A stretch of 64,000 nt of DNA from assembly GCA_963836185.1 (NCBI GenBank), contig CAWIIQ010000001.1, forward strand, positions 1,408,001 to 1,472,000, written 5' to 3'. A program made the position numbers and the translations under genes. Numbering within the stretch: the stretch's first letter is position 1; each line of letters starts with the position of its first letter. This document shows, in pieces, positions 20,552 to 31,300 of this stretch. The notes below the pieces were generated by a model. It saw nothing but the letters and a program-made list of their open reading frames with translations, did not search any database and was not told the origin of the DNA. This DNA comes from Candidatus Krumholzibacteriia bacterium (GTDB lineage Bacteria; Krumholzibacteriota; Krumholzibacteriia; Krumholzibacteriales; Krumholzibacteriaceae).

Positions 20552-21265
20552 ATGAGCACACGACCGGAGATCAGAAGGCTGTTGCTGAAAGTCAGCGGCG
20601 AGGTCTTCGGCAGCGAAGGGCACAGTATCGACATGGAAAAGGTCGATGATTTCGCTCGGGAGCTGATCGAGGCGCATGAGACCGGGATCGAGCTGGCCGT
20701 CGTGTCAGGAGGCGGAAACATCCTTCGAGGCGCCGTTCTCTGCACCGAGGGCGAGGACCGGGTCTCGTGCGACTATATGGGGATGATGGCCACTGTGATC
20801 AACGCCCTCGCGCTCCAGGGAGCGCTCGAGAGGGCAGGGGTGGAAGCTGTAGTGATGACGCCCTTTTCTCTCGAGGTAGCCGCGGAGAGATTTGTCCGCC
20901 GCCAGGCGCTGCGTCATCTTCGCGAGGGACGCATCGTCCTGATGGCAGGGGGCACGGGCAATCCGTATTTCACCACTGATTCAGCAGCAGCCCTCAGGGC
21001 TGCGGAGATAGGGGCAGACGCCCTTGTCAAGGGTACAAAGGTCGATGGTGTCTACGACAGCGACCCCAAGGTCAATGCCAATGCAACCAAACTGGATACA
21101 CTGACATACACGGATATCTTAAGGCAGGACCTTAAGGTGATGGATGCCACCGCGGTCGCTCTTTGCCGTGACAACGGCATACCGATCGTGGTATTCGATA
21201 TTCTCACCAAGGGGAACCTGAAACGAGTCATCGCCGGAGAGGCACTGGGTACTATCATACAGTGA
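20552..21265 (+). CDS. pyrH: UMP kinase
   Basis: LLKVSGE, GGGNI.RG, DYMGMMATVIN, GTGNPYFTTDSAAALRA, VMDATA. Confidence 0.97.
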   Translation: MSTRPEIRRLLLKVSGEVFGSEGHSIDMEKVDDFARELIEAHETGIELAVVSGGGNILRGAVLCTEGEDRVSCDYMGMMATVINALALQGALERAGVEAVVMTPFSLEVAAERFVRRQALRHLREGRIVLMAGGTGNPYFTTDSAAALRAAEIGADALVKGTKVDGVYDSDPKVNANATKLDTLTYTDILRQDLKVMDATAVALCRDNGIPIVVFDILTKGNLKRVIAGEALGTIIQ

Positions 21266-21275
21266 GGAGGTAGTA

Positions 21276-21839
21276 ATGGATAATGTCGACGCGATCTTCG
21301 AGAATGCGGAAGCTCATATGAAGAAGTCGATCGCCATCGCCGAGGAGGAGCTGGCTGGTGTTCGTACGGGCAAGGCTTCAGCGAGCCTGCTCGACAGCAT
21401 CAAGGTCGATTATTACGGATCACCTGTTCCTCTGAAGCAGATAGCGAATATAGGCGTCCCTGACGCCAAGCTTATTACGGTCCAGCCGTGGGAGAAGCCG
21501 ATGGTCGGAGAAGTGGTCAAGGCGATCCAGCAATCGAACCTGGGGTTGAATCCTCAGAGCGACGGTAACCTGATCAGGATTCCGATCCCTCTGCTTACCG
21601 AAGAGCGAAGGCACGAGCTAGTCAAGTCGGTCAAGGGGATGATCGAAGAGGCCAAGGTCGCCGTCAGGAATGTCAGGCGGGACGCCAATGAGCACCTCAA
21701 AAAGCTCGAGAAGGACCACGTGATCTCCGAGGATGAACATCATCGCTACCACAAGGAGATACAGGTACTGACCGACGATTCGATCACGGTGCTCGACAAA
21801 GTGTCGGAAGCGAAGGAAAAGGAAATACTGGAATTCTAG
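21276..21839 (+). CDS. frr: Ribosome recycling factor
   Basis: RTGKAS..LLD, LGLNP..DG..IR..IP.LTEERR, VRNVRRD, KEKEIL. Confidence 0.97.
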   Translation: MDNVDAIFENAEAHMKKSIAIAEEELAGVRTGKASASLLDSIKVDYYGSPVPLKQIANIGVPDAKLITVQPWEKPMVGEVVKAIQQSNLGLNPQSDGNLIRIPIPLLTEERRHELVKSVKGMIEEAKVAVRNVRRDANEHLKKLEKDHVISEDEHHRYHKEIQVLTDDSITVLDKVSEAKEKEILEF

Positions 21840-21855
21840 AGACGCGGTCATCCGC

Positions 21856-22611
21856 ATGGATATAGACAGGGAAATCGAACGTCTCAAGCTCGCTCCGGGC
21901 CTGCCGGTGCATATTGCTGTCATCATGGACGGCAACGGCAGGTGGGCGAAGAAACGGAATCTGCCGAGGATCGCCGGTCACAAGGCCGGACGGGAGTCGG
22001 TCCGTATCGCTGTGCGCACCTGCGCCCGCCTCGGGATCCCCGTCCTTTCCCTCTATACTTTCTCACTGGAGAACTGGCAGAGGCCCTCGAAGGAAGTAAA
22101 GGCGCTGATGCGATTTCTCGGAACGGTGCTGAAATCGGAGTACCTCGAGCTGAACGAGAACAACATACGCCTGCGTGCGATGGGACGTCTCGACATGCTT
22201 CCCGGGGATACGAGAAAGAGACTCGACGAGACGATAGATTCGCTCTCGTCGAATGACGGGATGATCCTTAATCTCTGCCTGAGTTACGGGGGACGGGCCG
22301 AGATAGTCGACGCGGCCAGGCGGATCGCGGGAGAAGTCGCAGGGGGCGGACTTGACCAGGAAGAGATCGACGAGGAGGAGTTCGCGAAATATCTCTATTC
22401 GCCCGAGATTCCCGATCCCGATCTTCTGATCCGCACATCGGGAGAGATGAGGATAAGCAATTTTCTCCTGTGGCAGCTTGCGTATACCGAGATAGTCGTT
22501 ACCGATGTGCTCTGGCCTGACTTTCGCGAGGCGGATATCTTCGCGGCGATCGACGATTATCTCGGACGCGAGAGAAGGTATGGAGATATCGGCGGCAGGA
22601 GAGGTAAATGA
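21856..22611 (+). CDS. uppS: Undecaprenyl diphosphate synthase
   Basis: HIAVIMDGNGRWA, FSLENW.RP..EV, YGGRAEI, DLLIRTSGEMRISNFLLWQ. Confidence 0.97.
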   Translation: MDIDREIERLKLAPGLPVHIAVIMDGNGRWAKKRNLPRIAGHKAGRESVRIAVRTCARLGIPVLSLYTFSLENWQRPSKEVKALMRFLGTVLKSEYLELNENNIRLRAMGRLDMLPGDTRKRLDETIDSLSSNDGMILNLCLSYGGRAEIVDAARRIAGEVAGGGLDQEEIDEEEFAKYLYSPEIPDPDLLIRTSGEMRISNFLLWQLAYTEIVVTDVLWPDFREADIFAAIDDYLGRERRYGDIGGRRGK

Positions 22612-23468
22612 CGGACACACCAAAAAAGAAATCAAAAGGCAGCTCGCTGGGCGGGCGTCTGCTCGCCGCTGCCATTTTCCTGCCATGCTTCTTCATCATC
22701 GCTCACAGGGGAGGCATCTACTATCTGATACTGGTCGACCTGATCATCATCATAGGCCTTTTCGAGTTTTACAGGATGATGGAAGCGAAAGGTCTCAGGC
22801 CGTACAAATGGATAGGCGTTCTCAGCGGCGGGGCACTTCCTTGGTACCTTTTTCTCAAGCAGGGGATGTACGCGAACGTTCTGCTTACGCTGACCTTTAT
22901 GGCGGTCATGATCGCAGAACTTGTCCGCAGGGACAAGGGGCACGCCATATACCACATATCCGTTACGATATTCGGGGTACTTTATGTCGGGTGGCTCGGC
23001 AGCCATCTCATGCTGCTGCGTGAGCTGCCGATAATCGCCGGTCTTGATTACTCGGCCGGCTACACCTTTGTCATAATCGCGTTCGCGTTGACGTGGTCCT
23101 ACGATACAGGCGCCTATACATTTGGAAGGATGTTCGGAAGACGTAAGCTTCTCCCTTCGATCTCTCCCGGGAAAACAGTGGAGGGAGCTATCGGGGGTAC
23201 ATTTCTCTCGATAGCGGGAATACTCATCGTGCGCATGCTGATGGACACTCATCTCGGCTTTACCGAAGCGGTGGTACTGGCGATAGTTGCCTCGGTCATA
23301 GGACAGACAGGGGACCTCGTCGAGTCGATGATAAAGCGGGACGCGAAAATAAAGGATTCGGCCACTTCGATTCCGGGGCACGGCGGAATCCTCGACAGGT
23401 TCGATTCGCTTCTGTTTACCGCGCCGCTGATATACTACGCACTCAGATATTTTGTTCTGAAGGTCTGA
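22608..23468 (+). CDS. cdsA: Phosphatidate cytidylyltransferase
   Basis: DTGAY..G, ISPGKTVEG, GDLVESMIKR...IKDS...IPGHGGILDRFDS. Confidence 0.96.
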   Translation: MTDTPKKKSKGSSLGGRLLAAAIFLPCFFIIAHRGGIYYLILVDLIIIIGLFEFYRMMEAKGLRPYKWIGVLSGGALPWYLFLKQGMYANVLLTLTFMAVMIAELVRRDKGHAIYHISVTIFGVLYVGWLGSHLMLLRELPIIAGLDYSAGYTFVIIAFALTWSYDTGAYTFGRMFGRRKLLPSISPGKTVEGAIGGTFLSIAGILIVRMLMDTHLGFTEAVVLAIVASVIGQTGDLVESMIKRDAKIKDSATSIPGHGGILDRFDSLLFTAPLIYYALRYFVLKV

Positions 23469-23469
23469 T

Positions 23470-24645
23470 ATGGAACACAGGCAGAAGAAAAAGATCGTCA
23501 TACTGGGCTCGACCGGATCTATCGGGAAGGCAGCGGTCGAGATAATCTCCAACGCACCGGATGACTTCGAGATCACCGGTCTTGCGGCTGGAAACAACAT
23601 AGGCGAACTCGGCCTCCAGCTGAGGGAGTTTTCCGGATCGAGGTTCGCTCTCAGAGATGAGGATGCCTTTGCGAGATTCCTGGCGGAGGACGGGGACCTG
23701 GCCGAACGGAGCACAGGTACCGGGCTGGAAGGGCTGATCGGCCTCCTGTCGGATCCGAAGCCTGACCTTGTCATCAATGCCCTTGTCGGTGTGGCCGGTC
23801 TCGTTCCTACAGTAAGAGCCCTCGAGGCAGGATGCGATGTGGCTCTTGCGAACAAGGAATCGCTCGTCACGGGCGGGGAGATCGTGGACCGCCTGATCCA
23901 GACCGGAAAGGCGAGGGTGATACCGGTAGACAGCGAGCATTTCTCACTTGCGAGATGTCTGAAGGGACACGAGGACGAGACGATAGAGATCATCCTTACA
24001 GCGTCAGGAGGGCCCTTCTTCGGCAGGGAACTTGCTGGACTCAGGGAGGTAACGGTCTCGCAGGTGCTGGACCATCCGACATGGAAGATGGGCAGGAAAG
24101 TGACGGTCGATTCGGCGCACCTGCTCAACAAGGGACTCGAAGTGATCGAGGCGCACTGGCTGTTCGGATTTGATTACGGGTCGATAGGCGTGGTGATTCA
24201 TCCTCAGTCCCGTGTGCACGGAATCACCAGGCTGAGGGATGGGTCGCTGATGGCGCATCTCGGACCGGCTGACATGAAGCTTCCGATCATCAGCTCCCTC
24301 TACCATCCGGGGATGGTGCAGTTTCCATGGGAGCAGTTGTCGCTGGAAGAACTCTCGAGGCTCGATTTTCATACATTCGAACCGCAGAAGTATCCGGCAT
24401 TCGCGCTCGCGATGGAGGCGGCCGCCAGCGGCGGAACAGCGCCGGCCGTACTGAATGCTGCTGACGAAGCAGCGGTCGAGGCGTTCCTTTCGGGGAGAAT
24501 AGGATTTCTTGATATTATCGACTGGATAGAACAGGCGCTCTCTGCGCATACTGTGTCTCCAGCTGCGACCGTCGAGGAAGTCCTCGCGGCGGACAGCTGG
24601 GCGCGCGAATACCTGAAGGAAAAACACGGCGGACCGGTCGCCTGA
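23470..24645 (+). CDS. dxr: 1-deoxy-D-xylulose-5-phosphate reductoisomerase
   Basis: LGSTGSIG, LANKESLV, PVDSEH, LTASGGPF, HPTWKMGRKVTVDSA, NKGLEVIEAHWLF. Confidence 0.96.
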   Translation: MEHRQKKKIVILGSTGSIGKAAVEIISNAPDDFEITGLAAGNNIGELGLQLREFSGSRFALRDEDAFARFLAEDGDLAERSTGTGLEGLIGLLSDPKPDLVINALVGVAGLVPTVRALEAGCDVALANKESLVTGGEIVDRLIQTGKARVIPVDSEHFSLARCLKGHEDETIEIILTASGGPFFGRELAGLREVTVSQVLDHPTWKMGRKVTVDSAHLLNKGLEVIEAHWLFGFDYGSIGVVIHPQSRVHGITRLRDGSLMAHLGPADMKLPIISSLYHPGMVQFPWEQLSLEELSRLDFHTFEPQKYPAFALAMEAAASGGTAPAVLNAADEAAVEAFLSGRIGFLDIIDWIEQALSAHTVSPAATVEEVLAADSWAREYLKEKHGGPVA

Positions 24646-24658
24646 TCATGGAGGATAC

Positions 24659-26008
24659 ATGCTTCTGACATTAGCAGCGTTCGTTTTCGTACTGAGTATC
24701 GTCGTATTCGTGCATGAGGCAGGTCATTTCGTGGCCGCCAAGCTCAACGGTATATACGTTGTCACTTTTTCGATCGGCTTCGGCCCGAAGATCCTCAAGA
24801 AACGGATCGGCGAGACGGAATACGCGATCTCCGTGCTTCCATTCGGCGGATATGTGAAAATGGCCGGTGAGACGGAGAATGTGGACGGCGGAGAGGCCGA
24901 AAAAGACGGCAGACTCGACGATATCCCGGAAGACAGGTTTTACCGGAGCAAGACGCCGTGGCAGAGGATGTCAGTTGTCCTCGCCGGACCGTTCATGAAC
25001 GCGATACTGGCCCTGATCCTTTTTATTATGAGCGTCTGGATACAGGGTGTCTATGTCGCCAACCCGAGAGACATTATCGTCAATGTGACACCTGATTCAC
25101 CCGCCGAGGCCGCGGGGTTCATGCCGGGCGACGTCGTCCTGTCGATCAACGGCGAGCTTGTAGAAGCGGGCAAGGAGATATCCGATCTCATCACTTACGA
25201 TGAGGAAGCGATATCGAGATTCGTGGTCCTGAGGCTCACCGATACCCTCGAAATCGATGTGTCTCCGGCGTGGGACGAGGAAGAGGAAAGGCTGATCGTC
25301 GGGATATTCTCTTATTCGAGGCCTATGATCGGGGACGTTAAGCGTGACGGTCCGGCATACGATGCCGGGATGCGCGGCGGGGCTATGGTCATTTCGGTCA
25401 ACGATACGACAGTCAACACATACATAGAGCTCGAGCAGCTCGTCCATGACCGTCTAGATGTTCCACTGGATTTTGTATGGGTACAGGGCGGGGATACGAT
25501 GTCCGCCACTATCACACCCGAAGGGATGGACACGGCGAAAGAGGGGGAGAAGCTTGATATCATACAGGTCGGGGCCATCGGGATAAACGAGCACTACGAG
25601 AAGGAAAAGGTCAGCTTCGGGGAATCTGTCAAGCTGGGCGCCAGAGCATACAGAGAAATGTTTGTGGGGATAATGCAGTTCCTGAAGAAACTCGTAACGG
25701 GAAACGCGTCCATCAGGGCTGTCGGGGGACCATTGCGGGTAGGTGTCATGGCCGGCGAGATGGTCAGGTGGGGATTCAATTACCTGCTGTCATTCATCGC
25801 GTTCTTCTCGTTGAACCTCGCGATATTCAACCTGCTGCCGATTCTTCCATTCGACGGCGGGCATTTCGTTATTTTCCTGGTCGAGGGCATTACCGGCCGG
25901 AAACCATCCCCGAAGGTGGAAGAGGTGATGGGGCAGGTTGGATTCTTTATTCTGATTGCACTGATGGCGTTCATATTCGCCGTTGATATATTCAATCTTT
26001 TCGGGTGA
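24659..26008 (+). CDS. rseP: RIP metalloprotease RseP with two PDZ domains
   Basis: HEAGH, P.GGYVKM, AGPFMN, NLLPILPFDGGH. Confidence 0.95.
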   Translation: MLLTLAAFVFVLSIVVFVHEAGHFVAAKLNGIYVVTFSIGFGPKILKKRIGETEYAISVLPFGGYVKMAGETENVDGGEAEKDGRLDDIPEDRFYRSKTPWQRMSVVLAGPFMNAILALILFIMSVWIQGVYVANPRDIIVNVTPDSPAEAAGFMPGDVVLSINGELVEAGKEISDLITYDEEAISRFVVLRLTDTLEIDVSPAWDEEEERLIVGIFSYSRPMIGDVKRDGPAYDAGMRGGAMVISVNDTTVNTYIELEQLVHDRLDVPLDFVWVQGGDTMSATITPEGMDTAKEGEKLDIIQVGAIGINEHYEKEKVSFGESVKLGARAYREMFVGIMQFLKKLVTGNASIRAVGGPLRVGVMAGEMVRWGFNYLLSFIAFFSLNLAIFNLLPILPFDGGHFVIFLVEGITGRKPSPKVEEVMGQVGFFILIALMAFIFAVDIFNLFG

Positions 26009-26018
26009 TTCGGGGGTC

Positions 26019-26369
26019 TCAGGGGCTCTTGTCGAACATAAGGTCATTAATGCGGGTATAGACCCCGAGCCATCTCTTCGGGTCCTTTTCCAGTACGGCG
26101 ATCGTCCGCCGGACCCTGGCCGTGTCCACGGACGCTTTCAACTCGTCCCATTTTCTGGCGCTGTCGGCCGGATTATCTTGGAGATTTCCCTCTAAATCGT
26201 TTATTTTCAAATAAAGTTGGACGAGATACCTTTCGTCAGGCGTGAGGTCTCTGGCCTTTTCCGAGCTGATGGTGTCGGGTTTTTCGCACCCTGCGGCAAG
26301 AAGAGCCGCTGCCGCCAGTAAAGAGGCGGTAAGCGCAAAGGTCCGTTTCTTCGCGCGCAGATATGACAT
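26019..26369 (-). CDS. Small hypothetical lipoprotein
   Basis: Basic N-terminus, hydrophobic stretch and lipobox LAAGC; fills the gap between rseP and tamA. Confidence 0.6.
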   Translation of the reverse strand: MSYLRAKKRTFALTASLLAAAALLAAGCEKPDTISSEKARDLTPDERYLVQLYLKINDLEGNLQDNPADSARKWDELKASVDTARVRRTIAVLEKDPKRWLGVYTRINDLMFDKSP

Positions 26370-26424
26370 CCAGCCTTTCATCACCTGACGAAACTACACA
26401 CAGCAGAAGGTGTTGTCAATCGCA

Positions 26425-28341
26425 ATGCCCGGGTTTTGTACAAGAGTGTCGATTCGCGCGGCTGCGGCAATAGCCATAGTCGCCATTCTGGCGGGGTATG
26501 CCTCGGCCGATGAGACCGACTTCGGCCTCGATCTGCCCGTGGTCAAGAGTATAGTTATCCTCGGTAACCGCAGTTTCGACGATGGTACGCTGAAGAAGCG
26601 TATGCGTACCAAAGAAAAGAAATTCTGGCACATATTCAGCAAGCCGAAGTTCAGGCGCGATTTTCTCAGGAGGGACCTCGAGGCTATCAGGTCTTTCTAT
26701 ATCAAGAACGGGTATTTCTCGGCCACGGTGGAACTCGACTCTCTCGAGAAGAACGAGGAAAAAAACCAGGTCAAGATACGTATCCTCGTAAACGAGGGGC
26801 CGCAGACTACGATCAGAAAGCTGTCTTTTTCGGAGCAGTCGCTTGTCAGTGAGAATGATCTTCGAAAGGGGCTCCAGCTGACAGAGGGTATCGCCTTCAA
26901 CGAAAACATCATGGGGATAGACCGCTTTACACTCTTCAGCAAGTTTTTTGAGTATGGAAACCTCGCGGCGACGGTGATCCCGGAAGTGACAGTCGATTCG
27001 ATCGAAGTCGACATCGCGTGGCAGATCGATCCCAAGATACCGGTAAAGATCGACAGCATCCGCGTTACTGGTCACTCGAAGGTAAGGGAATCTCTCGTTC
27101 GCAGGGAACTCGTCGTAGAAAAAGGGCAGTTCTTCAAGCTTTCCAAGGCGGTGGAGAGCAAGCAGAACCTCTATAACACAGGGTACTTCAACTCGGTGGA
27201 GATAGACCCCTACGGACTCGACCTGGAAAGCGGCGATGTCAACCTCGACGTACAGGTCCGAGAGAGGAAGATGGGGTATATAGAGGCAGGATTCGGCGTC
27301 GGCAATGTCCACGCGAACAGGATATTCGGAGAGTGGGGACAGCGCAATCTCTTCCGCAGAGGATATGCTCTGAACCTCAAGGCGGAATTCGGTTACAGGC
27401 TATTCAGGGAAAACAGGTACACCAAGGATAACTGGGATCCGACCAAACAGTTCGAGCTTTACGAGGGGGCGCTGATATTCCCCCACGTCTTCAAGACATG
27501 GAACACATTCGCGACGAGCGCTAATTACACGTACGACGCTACTGTCGAGCCGGCGATCGTCCGGCAGACGAGTGTCAGCCTCACTCTGGCGAGGAAATTC
27601 ACGAAGCTCTCAACGATGTATTTCTCATATTCATTCGAGAATATCAAACGTGAGAATGTCGAGGACGAGAGAGAAAACTCGAGAAGGCGGGCGCTCGACC
27701 TGAGTTTCAGGAAAGACACGAGAGATTTCTATTTCAACCCCACACGGGGGATGAATATGACGATCGCTACTAGGTTCGCGGGTGGTTTTCTGGGCGGGGA
27801 CGATGATTATTATTCGATCGTTCCGACCATACAGGAGTATAGAAAAGTGACGAGGCGGTCGGTCTTCGCCTACCGGTTCAGATTCGGGTTTGTAGAGCCT
27901 TTCGGCGATACGAGTATCACCGGTGTCCCTATAGAGGCGAGGTTCTTCACGGGAGGCGCGAACTCGGTAAGGGGATACAGGGAAAACGATGTCGGTCCGT
28001 TGGGCAGCACTGGAGAGCCGATAGGAGGCAACGTTCAGCTGCTTGGAAACGCGGAGTGGAGATACCCCCTGCCTTGGCTCGGGCAGTACAACTTCGGAGG
28101 TGTCTTCTTTCTGGACGCGGGAAATGTCTGGAGCGATATCGATGATATCTCAGGGAGCCAGTTCAAGATGTTCGTCGATTCAGAGGACGTCGACGTACTC
28201 GATTTCAAGTATGCGGTCGGATTCGGTCTGAGGTATTACACACCGGTCGGGCCGATCAGGCTCGATGTAGGTTATCCGGTCAAGCTCTACGAGAACCAGG
28301 AAAGCTACCGGATACACATCAGCCTGGGACAGATATTTTAG
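26425..28341 (+). CDS. tamA: Omp85 family outer-membrane protein with about three POTRA domains, TamA-like
   Basis: Signal peptide; POTRA motifs (ILGN, Y..NGYF, V.EGP, LYNTGYFNSV); barrel lid RFFTGGANSVRGY; TPVGPIRLD.G; C-terminal GQIF; directly upstream of tamB. Confidence 0.82.
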   Translation: MPGFCTRVSIRAAAAIAIVAILAGYASADETDFGLDLPVVKSIVILGNRSFDDGTLKKRMRTKEKKFWHIFSKPKFRRDFLRRDLEAIRSFYIKNGYFSATVELDSLEKNEEKNQVKIRILVNEGPQTTIRKLSFSEQSLVSENDLRKGLQLTEGIAFNENIMGIDRFTLFSKFFEYGNLAATVIPEVTVDSIEVDIAWQIDPKIPVKIDSIRVTGHSKVRESLVRRELVVEKGQFFKLSKAVESKQNLYNTGYFNSVEIDPYGLDLESGDVNLDVQVRERKMGYIEAGFGVGNVHANRIFGEWGQRNLFRRGYALNLKAEFGYRLFRENRYTKDNWDPTKQFELYEGALIFPHVFKTWNTFATSANYTYDATVEPAIVRQTSVSLTLARKFTKLSTMYFSYSFENIKRENVEDERENSRRRALDLSFRKDTRDFYFNPTRGMNMTIATRFAGGFLGGDDDYYSIVPTIQEYRKVTRRSVFAYRFRFGFVEPFGDTSITGVPIEARFFTGGANSVRGYRENDVGPLGSTGEPIGGNVQLLGNAEWRYPLPWLGQYNFGGVFFLDAGNVWSDIDDISGSQFKMFVDSEDVDVLDFKYAVGFGLRYYTPVGPIRLDVGYPVKLYENQESYRIHISLGQIF

Positions 28342-28357
28342 GGACCGGAGGAAAGTC

Positions 28358-31300
28358 TTGGTGAAGAGGATCATAAGGCACAAGGTGACGCATGGGATAT
28401 CGCTCGCTATCGGGCTGCTCCTGACGGCGTTTATCATGATGATAGTGATCTTCAAGACGGACTTCTTCGCCGACAGCGCGGGAGGGATGTTCTCACGCTA
28501 TCTCTTCAGCGGCACGGATTTTTCTCTCGAGATCGGAAAACTGTCCGGGAATCCCCTGAAACATATCGAGGTCCGTGATTTCCGCATCCGCTACCACGGT
28601 GAGGAGTTTTCATACGACATCGTAAGGATCGACAGGATAGAGCTTGAATACAGCACGGGATCGATCGTGTCAGGCACACCTAGTTTCAGCCTCGTGGAGC
28701 TTGACAGCCCTCATGTATGGATCAAGCCTGATTCGACGGGGATAAATATCATTCCACACATGGAGGGGGACGGTGGGGGCGACCTGCCCGTTTTCAGCGT
28801 GGACAGGTTCGTGCTGAGGGACGGACAGGTGATCTTCCAGAAAACGGAGAGGGCCGATGCCCTGAAGGATGTAGGGTTCGAGGGATCGGTCGGTTCGGAT
28901 GGAAAGATAGTACACATAGACCTGACCGGCGGCGGCGCGGAGGATATCAGGAGAGATATCTTCCTCAGGGATATTGCCGGATCGATAGAGTATGTCCACA
29001 AGAGAGACGATGCCCGTATCCCCGGCGGGGAGCCCGGCGAGATCTATCTGGACAGCCTGTTCATCGAACTCGATGAATCAGCTTTTGTCGCCGAGGGCAA
29101 TGTCGATCCCGATTCGATGATCTTCGATCTGCATCTGGATGCTTTCCCTCTAGACGTAGAGGAGGTCACCAAGCTCGCTGATGTAGAGACTTCACATTTC
29201 GGGGAATTGCAGGGTCCTGTCTATGTGAAGGGTACCCCGGAGAGGTTCTCCGTGGATGCCGTGCTCAACGGCATATTTTCCGGTTACGCGCTGCAGGATT
29301 TCAAGCTCGAGGGAGAATGGTTCCCGCCTCTGTTCAGGATCGATATGGGAGAGGGCAAGTTCAATGGGGCGCAAGTCGCCGGCAACGGATTTTATACATT
29401 CGAGGAGCCTCAGATGCTCCTCCTCGACATCGAGGCGAACGGACTCGATCTCTCACGGGGATTCTCCATGGACGCTTCCCTCCCCGATACCGATATAAAC
29501 GGCAAGGTCAGGCTGACCTATTACACCGATACATCACTGATGCTGTTTGACTGCGATCTCCGGGCGGGACATATCCGTGAATTTCCGTTCGAGACCGCGG
29601 TGGTCAACGGCTCCTACTGCCCCGACAGTCTAGGATTCGGCTACATAGCCGTAGATTCTCCGACGCACAGGATACGTTCACACGGTTCTCTCAATGCCAA
29701 CGACTTGAGGATGTATATAGACGTGACATGTGCCAGGGAGGACACGCTCTTCCGATATCTGGATATAGAAGACTACAGCGGCGACATCAGTATGAACCTC
29801 GTGATCGGAGGATCATTCGAAGAGTGGGAGCTTCGCGGGAACGGCAGTTTCTCGGATTTCAGGTACAACAGGGCTGTCGTGCCCGATGGAGAGATCAAGC
29901 TTGTCGTCAAGAAGGAGGAGTCATATGGCGTCCAGGTCGAGCTCACCGGCGACAGCTGCTGGATAGATCCTATAGGCTTCTCCGGGCTGGAAGTATCACT
30001 CGAATATTTCGATGACCTGACGACATTCAAGAGACTGTTTCTGACAAGGCCCGGATTCGAAGCCGATATGAGAGGCGAGGTCCGCAGCCCGGATGGAAAC
30101 ACCGAGATAGAGTTTTCCGATGTCCTGATAACCGCACTGGAGGAGGAGTGGAGAAGCAACGGTGAATTCACGGTCGGTTTCAGCGAGAGGGGCGTCGAGT
30201 TTGATGACCTGCAGCTTCATTCCAGGTCGGGAGCGCTTTATCTGGACTGCAGTATAGACGAGGCCGAGGACCTGATATCGGGTGTCTTTTCGTTCGAGAG
30301 GGCGGGAGCGTCATTGCTCAATGCTGCGGGCCTGCTCGAAACTCCGCTAAATGGGACTGCGAAAGGGACAGTCGCTCTCTCCGGATGCCTCTCTGATCCG
30401 GGAGTAGATATCGATATGACTCTTGTGGACAGTCAGTACGATACGATGCGTGTCGATACGATGCGGCTGCGGGCCGAATATGCGGAAGGATTATATACGA
30501 TCAGTGAATACAGGGTATCGTCTCCTCTCGGCGGGCTAGGATTGACCGGATGGCTCAAGGGATGCGCTATTCGCGAACTCCTCAGTGATGGTCGCGAGGC
30601 TTTGCGCGGATATACGATCGATCTGGAAGCTTCGTGCGAGGATCTATCTCTTGCTCCATTCCTCGGGTTCTCGAAGAATATCCCTTTTGAGACCGGATAC
30701 TTTACCGGCAGGGTCTCCGTCAGCGATTCGCTGATACATCCGACTGCCGCGATGACCGGCTCGGTCAGACATCTCTCGAGGAAAAACCTCTCAATACCGT
30801 TAGTAGACATCGAGGCCGGCCTCGATGGTGAGCTTGTCGATCTTTCGGGCGTAGTGAAGATCACCGATGATCACGTAGGGAATTTCGCGGGGAAGATACC
30901 CATCGTCGAGGAGGACTGGTTCTATTCTATCGACATGGAAGGCGACATATATCTCGAGATGCACCTGCCTCCCGGGCCGCTCGGGGATATCGTCGGCGTA
31001 TCCGATCTTGTGGCGGAGGCGAACGGGAAGTTTTCCGGCGGATTCAAGATCGAGGGCCCGATCACCGATCCTGTGATCCTCGGCGGGCTGAGACTCTCAA
31101 AGGCGGGATTCAGGCCGGCCGGTATGGAGGAGCGCTTCCGTGAAGTCGATGCCAACATACTTCTCGAAGATACTCTTATCACGATCCAGGAGCTCAAGGG
31201 AAAAGAAGGCCGGGACGGCTCGTTCTCGGGAAGCGGCAGGATTGGCCTTCTCGGCTGGCGCCCCGAGTCGTACAACATCGATCTGAAGGTAGACAAGTGT